Source: Tubulanus polymorphus (Eukaryota; Animalia; Nemertea). From it: a stretch of 64,000 bases of DNA. Under the pieces are notes generated by a model. It made no database searches. It was given only the letters and a program-made list of their open reading frames with translations, and had not been told where the DNA came from. Location of the stretch: NCBI RefSeq assembly GCF_964204645.1, contig NC_134028.1, positions 15,197,653-15,261,652 of the forward strand, written 5' to 3'. The position numbers and the translations under genes were made by a program. Shown here in pieces: positions 1 through 10,548 of the stretch (positions are counted from its first letter, which is position 1; every line of letters starts with the position of its first letter).

Positions 1-66
1 TTTACATTTATGGTGCAATAGATAACTTTTTGCTTTTGCTTTTTTAATCTTATCACTGGCTTTTAG

Positions 67-922
67 GTACAGCCTGCTGAAATGCCTTCATTTGAAAATT
101 CAATATGCAGTCGACCCCCATAAACAGCTCACTTATATAAGTGATTTTGTACCTGTGGAATAACGGGGAGGGGGGCTTATTTTGACTAGTTTTAAGATGA
201 AATACAGATTCTCAGAAAAACTGGAATTAGGTGGGGGGGGGGGGGCAGTTTATAGGTGTTGACTGTAGACTTAAGTACCGTATCAAATGCCTTGTAATCA
301 AGATATTTACTTTCTGTGAAGGAGAAATTCTGATGGGTAATGAATTCAAATTCCAATTATTTTCAAGCTGGAGGAGCACAATAAAATGGATTTTGCTTTG
401 GTTTAGATTAAGGTTTCAATGCAGCAGTTCAGCAAGATGCGCATGAATATTTCGTTCGTCTGATGAGTACAATGGAGAAGGAAGATACAAGGTATTCTAT
501 AAAAAAATCTGATTCTTAGTTAGGTCTTGCCATAATGTTACCTGGGCAGTTTACCAGTAATTTATGACCGTAACTATTATTGGTGACAATTGCATAGTAG
601 TACCACATATATTCATCTTATTTCCTCAAGCTAAATGTGCAATATTATTGAACTAGGTAACAAAGTGGTAGTACTATGTTCTTTCTCATTAGATACTTCT
701 TATATCGTATACTGTATTATACAAATAAATTGTATTTCTGGTGTACCGTAAGATTCACATTTCTGATATGATTGGATGCTATGTCATGAATAAGCTTCCA
801 AGTTTTTAGAGACATGTATCTTGCCTCAACCAATCTTTCATTGTTGAATTTTTTTGTCATTCTATAGCTCGAACTTCAAGAAAATTGTAAATTTCTTCCA
901 TGGCTCACTTAAAACACAGAGT
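67..922 (+). pseudogene. Probable exons of a ubiquitin-specific protease (peptidase C19)-like host gene, partial or degraded
   Basis: Three short segments after AG acceptors translate, in order, to ..YAVDPHKQLTYI (~67-140), GFNAAVQQDAHEYFVRLM (~413-491, GT donor follows) and SNFKKIVNFFHGSLKTQ (~868-922, GTAAGT follows). These match the USP QQDAHEF and FxGxL motifs. The Cys box is not in the window. Confidence 0.5.
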
Positions 923-1532
923 AAGTTGTATTTGTTTTGTTTGTTTCATTTGGAATAATGGAGGAGAGATCTGCCATACCGAGGCCTATAATGAAAGGGA
1001 GCATCTCAAAATTTCAATAGTTACGTCAATTAGAATAACTGTCTAATTGGTTTTAACCTCCCCCCGTCTAATTGAGTGGAACTGGCATTTAAAGATAAAC
1101 AGACTTTGACTGTTAGCACAAAATCATTTAAGTGATTTAATCTTGAATATAATACCAAAAGGTGAATTCTATGAAACCAGGTTAAATAGTTTTCAGGACC
1201 ATGTTTCACAGTTGAAACAGGTAAAATTAGTCAATTGTTTCATAAATAAAAAGAATATCTTCTAAAAAACATAAATGATAGAAAAGAAATTATCAAACAT
1301 AGACATGGGAAAGTGTAGCTAAAAGATATGCTTCAGCCCAAAAACTGGCCCGGTCAGATTCAAGATCTGGCAAAAGATCCGGTCAGATTCAAGATCTTGT
1401 TCGCCAAAATCAGATTTTTTACACGTTTTTGAAATTTTCGAAGGAAGTTTGAAGATGCTTCTATTAAATATCTTGATCTTTTGTATATGTATGGTTTGCT
1501 AGCCTAATTTTCATTGCAATTTGTGATGGGTA

Positions 1533-1993
1533 AGTAATAGGGATAATAGGCTTTCAGGCCAAAGGTCGAACGGTCGAGCTCGTTAAAAATGAAAAACATG
1601 AGAATAATAACAATTTCTACTTGAATTACTCGCGAAACTCATAAAAATGAAAAATAAATTCTCACACACTCGAATTTATTTTTCATTTTTATGAGTTTCA
1701 CTCCTAATTCAAGTAGAAATTGTAATTATTGTCATGTTTTTCATTTTTTACTCACCCGCCCGTTCAACCTTTAACCTGAAAGCCTATTATCCCTATTACT
1801 CTTAAAATATTCATATATATGAATAAAATATAAATGAATAACTTCTAAAATCAATTTTAATAAAAAATTTAGTATTAAAATGGAAGCAAATAAGTACTAC
1901 TGTCCAACATGTAATATCAATATAGATAAATCCCAAAAAGCAAGACACAATAAAACTAAAACACATTTAGAGAATAAATTGAAACTAGAATAT
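1533..1993. repeat. Left TIR of copy A; 1533-1800 is itself an imperfect 268-bp palindrome
   Basis: Reverse complement of ~18515-18975. AGTAATAGGGATAATAGGCTTTCAGG...CCTGAAAGCCTATTATCCCTATTACT with loop TCACACACTC near 1662-1671. Confidence 0.95.
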
Positions 1994-2131
1994 TTACAGT
2001 TATATTCAGAACAGTTAACAAAGGCAAAGAAATTTATTGATCAATGGAACAATGATCCAAATAATGAACAATACGTTGAGGAATTTGATATCAAGGATCC
2101 GATGTTTATACTAGAACATGATTCTATTTGA
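1880..2131 (+). CDS. 83-aa chimeric ORF: C2H2-type zinc finger (copy of pPolB N-terminus) plus copy of HNH-gene C-terminus
   Basis: YYCPTC..H..TKTH lies in the TIR; LQLY..WNNDPNNEQYVE also ends the ORF at 3461-3907. Intact in both copies. Confidence 0.6.
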   Translation: MEANKYYCPTCNINIDKSQKARHNKTKTHLENKLKLEYLQLYSEQLTKAKKFIDQWNNDPNNEQYVEEFDIKDPMFILEHDSI

Positions 2132-2787
2132 ACCTATATACATTCCATGTACAGAGCTATAGAATAAACCCACAGCTGTTACAGCCGTTACTATGACGCC
2201 GAGACATTATGACTCATAATATTACAAACGTGCAGAGAACACTCTAGAACCGGAACCAGATATCGTGGCAAGAAATGAACATACGCTGTAACATTGTGCT
2301 CAGGATATTCTATCTCTCGAAACGAAATTAGGAGTTTATAGTTTACAATTATAAATCTAAATGTAAGTACTGTTTGTTGTAGTTATTAGGGCTATTAAAT
2401 ATGAAACATTTAGATATATTTAAGAGTATTTAGTATATCTTTTAGATGGCTAGAGTTGCCGCTAATATCTTTTAGATTAATAAAACGCCATACGCATCAA
2501 AAAGTGATAGAGAAACTCAAGATACTCTTTCTGACTGAGGAATCAACAGCAATGGATATCAAACCAATAGAATCGCCAAAAGATCAACGAAGAAACTATA
2601 TAAGAATTTCAAAAACATTAAGACTCCAATGATTAAGTTTAACATTTGTTGATGTAGTTAAATATTTACCAGCAATTGAAAAAATGTTTGTAATTATAAA
2701 TTGTATTCATAGAAATGAAATGATGTATTGAAAGAAACGGCCGAACAACTTGTATAATGTATTGTGTAAATCTGATTGGCGAATTTT

Positions 2788-3125
2788 TATGTTCGGTCTT
2801 TTCTATTCAGAATGAATATATAATTAGGATTAGCGCATGCGCATTGATCAAAAGCGCGCACGAATGCGCGGTTTGCTCAGTGGTATGATTCAGATATTTC
2901 ATGTTCGGTCGTTTCTATTTACATAATGAATATATAATTATGATTAACGCATGCGCATTGAGCAAAACCGGGCCTGAATGCGCGGTTTGCTCAGTTGTAT
3001 GATTTAGATATTTCATGTCGGTTGTTTCTATTTACATAATGAATATATAATTAGGATTAACGCATGCGCATTAAGCAAAAGCGCGCATGAATGCGCGGTT
3101 TGCTCAGTGGTATGATTTAGATATC
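2788..3125. repeat. Three ~115-bp tandem repeats containing the CGCATGCGCA palindrome
   Basis: Unit AATGAATATATAATTAGGATTAACGCATGCGCATT..GAATGCGCGGTTTGCTCAGTGGTATGATTTAGATAT occurs three times. Confidence 0.9.
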
Positions 3126-3241
3126 AGGGAATCGAAACAACTTATCAAAAGCAGCGAGGAATGAAAAAGGATGACGTTGGTCGAAGAAATGGAAGAGGAT
3201 TCTAAAATATTAACCAATTTAGTAAAAAATACGTATTATAA

Positions 3242-3907
3242 ATTGAACCAGAACAACCACAAACTATCAATATTACAAATAACACTGGTGTTATAAATAT
3301 ATATTACAAGAAGTGTTCTAAATGTGAATTAGATAAATCATTAACAGAATTTAGTAAGCGTAAGATTAGCAAAGATGGTTTTCAATATTGCTGTAAAACT
3401 TGTTTTAAACTATATACCAAACAATACCGAGAAGATAACATAGAACATTATAATTATTATATGGCAGAATATATGAGAGAAAGATATCAAACAGATCTTA
3501 ATTTTAGATTGAAACAATGCTTAAGATCTAGATTAACACAATTATTCAACAAAGAAACGCATTTAGAAACACTATCTAATTTATTGGGTTGTTCAGATGA
3601 ATTCTTAAAATCATGGATTATATTTCAATTCGATGATAAAATGAATATAGATAATTATGGTGAATACTTTCATATTGATCACGTGTTACCAATATCTAAA
3701 TTTAACATGAATGATGAATACAATAAAAAACTTATTTGGGGTTGGAAGAATTTAAGACCTTTAGAAAAGAAAGAAAATCAAGTCAAATCTAATAAACTCG
3801 ATTTACAGTTATATTTGGATCAATTAGATAAAGTAAAGAAATTCATTGAATTATGGAACAATGATCCAAATAATGAACAATATGTTGAGTCTTTAATGAG
3901 TGGTTGA
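3242..3907 (+). pseudogene. HNH endonuclease with N-terminal Cys cluster (start ATG changed to ATT)
   Basis: HIDHVLP..WKNLRPL..N motif; in frame upstream CSKC..CCKTC; homologous to 52161-52832. Confidence 0.8.
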
Positions 3908-4154
3908 AGAATAATAGATTTTAAATAAAAAATATTAAAAATTACATATCTTCAACTAGCTAGTATTAGTTATTGTTTTTTTAATATTTTCTTTTCAAAA
4001 AAGAATACTTTATATCACAAATAAAAAATACTAAAAAAACAATAACTAATACTAAAATTCTTTACCTTTAACTAAGCTAGTATTAACCCAAAGAGATACT
4101 GGTATCATTTTATAATACTTATAATATTTTTCCTATTACATTTCTCTAATATAA

Positions 4155-4756
4155 ATGTCAAAGAAATCTAATAAGAATAGTATTGATATTGAAAAAACAT
4201 TAGATGATTGGGTATAAGTGATAATAAAGATACAGCTAATTGTGCTCAAGTTAATTGTAATATAGATTAGGAATACTATTTATATTGTAAGCATCATCTA
4301 GAACTATTGATTGCCGGTGGAAAAACTAAGGAGTTTTTAAATAGAATCATTACTTTTCAAGAACTAGACTCTATGAAACCAGATAAAGTAATAAAATATT
4401 TTAAGATTTACGAAGAAGCTAGATTAGCTAGAATAAATGATTCTATTTCAGATGGTATTGTCAAATGTTATTCTAAGTTATGTAACCAGTTAATACCAAT
4501 TGATGATGAAAATAAATTATATAGTGATTTGAAAAATGACTACTTAGTTATGACTGAATTACAAAAATGAGTTGGTTATGCTTCATTTCAATTAGGATCG
4601 GTTATGACATTAATTTCTACTGGCGTCATAACATTTTCGAACATCAAGCCTATGGAATATAAATCAGGTAAGAACGAAACAGATGACGCTGTACTACAAC
4701 CAAACTTCGAAACAGAAAATGAATCAGAACAAAAATTAACTAAAATAAATGAGTGA
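4155..4756 (+). pseudogene. Disrupted homologue of the 200-aa Polinton ORF
   Basis: Aligns with 51311-51913; frameshift near 4210 and stops near 4268 and 4568. Confidence 0.8.
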
Positions 4757-5108
4757 TGGAGTTAAGAAAATGGCTAGATCAGAGCAACAAATTAAATGGG
4801 CAAGAGAATTAGGTAAAAGATCTTCAGAATTAAAAAAAGCTAAGAAAAAGAAATTAACTGATATAAATGAATCACCCGATATTGATTCAAATAATAATCC
4901 ATCTGATTCTTCTAATGCTGGAAGTAATTATAAATTATATATTACAATTGGGTTAATCACAATTATTATATTCTCTGGCGTAATATATAAATCAAAATTC
5001 AAATCTGATGATAAAGATGATTCCAATGATAATAAACCTATCATACCAGAAAATAAGTCAAATCATAAAGCCATTGAAACTAAATCTAAATTATTATTAA
5101 TGGATTAA
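4749..5108 (+). CDS. 119-aa basic protein with a single TM helix, function unknown
   Basis: Lys-rich N-terminus and hydrophobic LYITIGLITIIIFSGVIY; conserved in copy B. Confidence 0.75.
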   Translation: MSDGVKKMARSEQQIKWARELGKRSSELKKAKKKKLTDINESPDIDSNNNPSDSSNAGSNYKLYITIGLITIIIFSGVIYKSKFKSDDKDDSNDNKPIIPENKSNHKAIETKSKLLLMD

Positions 5109-5114
5109 AATAAG

Positions 5115-6071
5115 ATGAAAAAAGAACAATATTTAAGAGAGTTATATTACAACCCAGAAAGTGAAGTATCATATTCTAACGTTACTGAATTATGGAATAA
5201 AATTAAATCTGATAATGGTGGTATAAAATATAGTGAATTAAAATCATGGTTACAAAATCAACCAACATATCAAATCCACAAGAAAATGGATAAAACTTAT
5301 TTAACAAGAAAAGTTATGGTTTCATATATCGATCAACAATGGCAAGCGGATTTAATTGACATGAAGAACTTAGAAGAATACAACAAAGGATATTTCTGGA
5401 TATTAAATGTTATAGATATATTCAAACATTTCAAAAAACTATTATCTGATAACGATGTAGATTATTTTTCAACACATTCAGATAAAAAAGCATCTATTAT
5501 AGAAAGATTTAATAAAACATTGAAAACTAGAATGTGGAAATATTTTACTGCTAATGAAACATATATTTATATCGATGTGTTAGATGATTTAGTGAAAGGT
5601 TATAATAATTCTAAACATAATTCTATAAATATGAAACCTATACAAGCTAGAAAAGAAGATAATTCAGAAATAGTTTAGAATAATTTATATGGAGCATTTG
5701 TTACACATGATTTTGGAGAACCTAAATTTAAAATAGGACAACACGTAAGAATATCTAAATATAGAAAAACCTTTTATAAAGGTTATACCCCTAATTTTAC
5801 AGAAGAAATATTCAAGATTAAAAAGATAATATTAACTAAACCATTTGTTTATAAATTAGAAGATCTAAAAGATGAAGAAATATTAGGTTATTTCTATGAA
5901 CAAGAATTATCACTTGTACCAAATCAAGATGAAATAGAATACAAAATAGAAAAAGTATTGAAAACAAAAACTCTTAAAGGAAAAAAGTATTCTTTGGTGA
6001 AATATAAAGGATATGATGATAAACTTAATGAATGGATTTTATCTAGTAAAATTAAAAGAATAAATGATTAA
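5115..6071 (+). pseudogene. rve (c-)integrase with chromodomain, inactivated
   Basis: WQADLID and ERFNKTLK motifs. In-frame 43-codon deletion near 5423 removes QFDEGKEF relative to copy B; TAG at 5676-5678. Confidence 0.93.
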
Positions 6072-6675
6072 AGATTTATTTATATTTGAACCGCATAATA
6101 TGATAGTTACTGGTGTAACCAATTGTGGTAAAACACATTTCATATTAGATTTGTTAGAAACTATTTATAAGAATCATTTTGATAATATAATATTATTTTG
6201 TCCTACTTATGAAATGAATAAAACATATAATAGAGATATAGTTAAGATAAAAAAGTTTATTATATTAGATCCTAAAACAGTAAAAGAAAATTTAGATAAT
6301 TGTATTAAAATAGCAATTGATAGTTATAAAGGATCAAATACATTATTCATTATAGATGATTGCGCAAATTTACATGATTCAAAAGTGAGAGAAAGTGAGT
6401 TATGTTATTTAGCTTTCTCTGGGAGACATTTTAGGATAACAACATGGGTTTTAAATCAAAAATATAATCCAATTGTTAAAGACTTTAGGGAGAATATAAG
6501 ATTTCTAGTTTTATTTTATAACAAAGATAAAAAATCTATGCAACAATCATTGGAAGAAAATCAAATTATACCTACTGAATTACTTGATGAATATATGAAT
6601 AAATTAAAGAATAATAAAGGTTCAAAATTATTACTGAGATTACAATTTCCCTATGAATATAAATTTATAAAATAA
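6064..6675 (+). CDS. A32/FtsK-HerA-type genome-packaging ATPase
   Basis: Walker A GVTNCGKT, Walker B FIIDDC, SGRH arginine-finger motif, NQ sensor. Confidence 0.92.
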   Translation: MIKDLFIFEPHNMIVTGVTNCGKTHFILDLLETIYKNHFDNIILFCPTYEMNKTYNRDIVKIKKFIILDPKTVKENLDNCIKIAIDSYKGSNTLFIIDDCANLHDSKVRESELCYLAFSGRHFRITTWVLNQKYNPIVKDFRENIRFLVLFYNKDKKSMQQSLEENQIIPTELLDEYMNKLKNNKGSKLLLRLQFPYEYKFIK

Positions 6676-6693
6676 ATATTTGTGTACCTATGT

Positions 6694-6770
6694 ATTAGAT
6701 ACCCAATTAGATACCCTAATACCTGATACCCCATTAGATACCCTAATACCTGATACCCTATTAGATACCT
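6694..6770. repeat. Short (TTA)GATACC repeat cluster between the convergent gene arms
   Basis: attagataccc / ctgataccc / taatacc units; mirrored at 49128-49222. Confidence 0.8.
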
Positions 6771-6831
6771 TAAATACTTAAAACCCCCTTTTTTATTTAC
6801 TATTATTTTATACAATTTTCAACCTTTATTA

Positions 6832-7746
6832 TTATTTGAGTGTTAGATAATCAATTTCTGAATCACTTTCACTATCAGACCCTAACAATTTATTCAAATT
6901 CTCTACCGTATCTTCTTCTAATTCTTTATTATTTTTATACTTATTCTTCGTCCTTTTTACCGAATCATCAATAGTTGTTTCATTGTTATGCTTATTCATC
7001 CAATCAAATTTATCATTATTATCAATGCGCTTTCCTGTATTTTCATTATCATCTTTATTAGTGTTTGCTCCTTATATTTCATTTACAGTGTTTGATCCTA
7101 ATATTTCATTAGCATCGGTTAAATCTAATTCATTTTTATTAGGTGTTGCTAATAAAAAATCTTCATATAATTCTTTACCATTTACTTTTTTATTTGAAAC
7201 AAATTTTGTAACATATCTAAATGGGTGTTCTATAAATTCTTTTAAACCAACACGTTCTATAACATTAGTAATATGTGAATTTGTATTCATATGTTTATTC
7301 CAATTTGATGGAGCGTTTGAAAATTCACCTTTACAATAATCACAATAATTTCTATTTTTACTAACATTTAATATTATTGCATTATTAGATGTAGAAGGTA
7401 TTACATTATTAGATGTAGTAGGTATTACACTATTAGATGTAGTAGGTATTACAATATTAGATGTAGTAGGTATTACATTATTAGATGTAGTAGGTATTAC
7501 ATTATTAGATGTAGTAGGTATTACATTATTAGATGTAGAAGGTATTACATTATTATCAATTACATTACTTAAATTATCAACAACACCACTTATATTATTA
7601 TCGATTTCTATTAGTTTAGTTTTATAAATTTTGAAAATAGGATCAAATATCAAAGCTATATTACAAGGTATTACATAATATAAACCATCATTATTTTCAT
7701 GTGTATCGATGTATGGAATATGTTTATATACTTTACCTCCTTCCAT
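6832..7746 (-). pseudogene. ~305-aa protein with NNVIPTTS repeats and a C2H2-like zinc finger; internal TAA at 7072
   Basis: Homologous to 48070-49014; YCDYC..H..TNSH motif. Confidence 0.78.
7381..7568. repeat. 24-bp coding tandem repeat (~7 units)
   Basis: ATTATTAGATGTAGTAGGTATTAC repeated. Confidence 0.95.
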
Positions 7747-7778
7747 TTATATAATAAATTTTTATTAAAGTTAAAATT

Positions 7779-9026
7779 TTAATGCATAACACTATCTAAT
7801 TGTGAATTTACAATATTTAATTGTGCGTCAGATATAATATAAATGTGCATTTTGAAATTTAGACTTCCTTTTTTCTTTGTCATGAATAATTGTATTCCAT
7901 CTTTAGTATTTTGTAGTTTTTTTCCAGAACCATGTAATGAATTATCCTCTGTTGTTCTAAAATCTAACCATAATGCATATCTATTGCCGGTATAATAATC
8001 AATTTGATTAATATTACAATTTTCAGATGATTTTCCTTTTTCATTCATAAAATGTTTTCTTATTTCTGGCCATTGATCAATCATTCTCATTCCTTGACAA
8101 AATATTTTATTTGCTATTCCTTCGATAGTTATTTCTACTTTTGTTATTTCAGGATTATAATACTTATCAACCTGTATTGCACCATTAGAATATGTTGCAA
8201 TGGTAAAAAATATTAATATACCTTTAATCGATCTTCTTGGGAAGTTAATATTCTCATTAATTATTTCATCATTTGCATTAATAGTTACAGTTTTAAATTT
8301 ATCAATATAATCATATAATAATGATAATCCTTGATTGTATTGAGTTTGAATTATACTTGAAATATTTTCATCAGTTACTGTATCATATTCTAAACATATA
8401 TTCGATAATTTATAACCCATATCTTTAAAAACGCTAGATAATACAATTTCATTTACAGGAGCAAATGTTATTTCGAATATAACGTCTTCTTGAATTGCGT
8501 ATTTATATAAAGGTGCATTATTATTTATCAATTCAAAGTCTAATGGAATTTTATATTTGCTTCCATAAATCTTTTTTATCAAATTATCTGCGGTACGAGT
8601 TACTATTGCGTCATTAGCTCCTGATCTTAATTTATTTTGGTTTTCTGATTAGATTCCTTGAAATATCATATTATTTCTATTTTCTTTAGTTAACCATAAA
8701 TCTTTATAATGCATAAATAAATTATAATCATCTAATGAGAAAACTGTTTCTGGACCAATCTTTATAGTTAACTTTTTAATCAAATATCTTCCAACATTAT
8801 CAACAACATAATTATTATCATGACCAATTACTTTTATATCGGCTGATAAATAAATACTATTTGGAACATAAAAAGTATTTTGTGTTAATCGAGGAATTCT
8901 AACATATAAAGTTTCATCGGGATTAATATTAGAAGGGTTATGAGTAATTATATGATGTGATCTTTCTGCTTTAATAGCATTAGATATTCTATGATTCTTA
9001 GAAGGATTTATATAACTCCCACTCAT
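7779..9026 (-). pseudogene. Putative double-jelly-roll major capsid protein (~415 aa), one in-frame TAA at 8649
   Basis: The 125-aa and 267-aa ORFs are in frame across one stop (Gln in copy B). Beta-strand-rich pattern, size, and a C-terminal LWLDFR..HGSG..N motif resemble Polinton/PLV MCPs. Confidence 0.72.
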
Positions 9027-9067
9027 TTATTTAACAAAAAAAATTAATTATTTATTTTTAATCATGG

Positions 9068-10532
9068 TTACTTGATATTTTTTGATATCATATTAACTAA
9101 CCCAAAAATAATAGCACTTACAACTGTAATTAAAAATAAAATAATATGTTCAGCAGCAAAGTTAATAATGTTTCCTGCAGATTTCAATATAAAACCAACA
9201 ATCATTGCAATAACTCCTGGCAATGCTGCAGCATATTTTTTAGAAAGTTCCCATAAATATTTTGCTAATTTCTTTAAACCATCCTTAACTTTATCTTGTA
9301 TAGAATTATTACCTGGGGGTTTATCTGGTTTATTGGGAGTAGGAGTAGATTTTAAAGCATTTGATATTGCTAAACCAATTGTTGTAAATAACATAGTTAC
9401 AGCTGTTCGAATTGAAAGAATTGTTATTCCTTCAAACTTAAATAATAATTTTATTCTATCTTTCAATGATATTCTAGAATCTGGTTTTATTAGATATCTT
9501 TTAAAAACATCTTTTAATCTATCAATATTATAATCATATGATTTTAATAATGATTTAATTTCTTCTTTTTGTAATTCTATGTTATATTCTAAATCATCTT
9601 TTTCTTTTTCTAAACGTAATTCTTTTTGCTTATATTCTATTTCGTCAATAACTTTATTATCTCTCTAATTTTAGTTTTTCCGATTCTTTTCTTGATTTAA
9701 ATAATTCATCTTCTAAAGTTCTAATTTTAAAATCTCTTATCTCTTTTTCATGCGCAATTTTATTAGTTGCATTTCTTATACTAAAAATTTCTCTTATTGC
9801 TTTATCAGAAAATGTATCTAAATCTTCTAATTCTTGTTTTGTTGCATCAAGTAATCCCTTCGGTAAAAGGAGTTCAGTCTGAACTCCTTTTGAATTAGGT
9901 TTACTAGTTTTGGAAGTTGTATTCTGTTCAGAACTTGTTTCTGGTTCTAAATTATTATCGATTGTTTCAAATAATTTTTCAATTCTTTGTTTAAAAACTC
10001 TTTCATTTTTAATAATTTCTTCTTGTGTTACATCTTCTATTTCATTACTATTTCTTATTATTTTAATTCTAGATAGTAATGAGTCAGACTTAAGCAAAGT
10101 TGATTCTGCTAATATTTTGTTTTGTTTTTTATAAGAGATATCAATATAATAATCATCTTTCAAACGATGATAATATTCACCATCTAAAAACTTTAATTCT
10201 CTTACTAAAAGTCTGGCGCCTCTATCATTTATATTATATCCAGATTCTTTAAATACATGTTGAAAATCATACATAAATTCAATATTTTCTAAATTTTGTC
10301 TTGATAAACCTTGATTTTCATTTTCAGGATTTATTCTCGATCTAGTTCTTCTATCAAATTCATCTGATGGGGTTTTAGGACCAGGAACAACTTCTGGTTC
10401 TAAATTAGTATTATATTCTGGCTCATTACCATCATTAAAACTTGTTTCACTAAAATCAGGTTGTGGTTCATCACTTATACCGGGGGTGTCACCAAAAGGA
10501 TCCAATGGAAAACCTTCTCCACCTTCTGCCAT
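9068..10532 (-). pseudogene. ~490-aa protein: acidic N-terminus, coiled coil, multi-hydrophobic C-terminus; one frameshift near 9660
   Basis: The 291-aa and 132-aa ORFs are joined by an open coiled-coil frame; copy B is broken at different positions. Confidence 0.7.
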
Positions 10533-10548
10533 TTACATAATAAAAAAA

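Noticed and set aside
6983-7339. 118-aa + strand ORF (and 48558-48914)
   Set aside because: Antisense shadow of the repeat/zinc-finger gene; its conservation is explained by the sense gene.
9072-9533. 153-aa hydrophobic ORF (and 46521-47030)
   Set aside because: Antisense to the TM-protein gene; no TAAATG start and no independent support.
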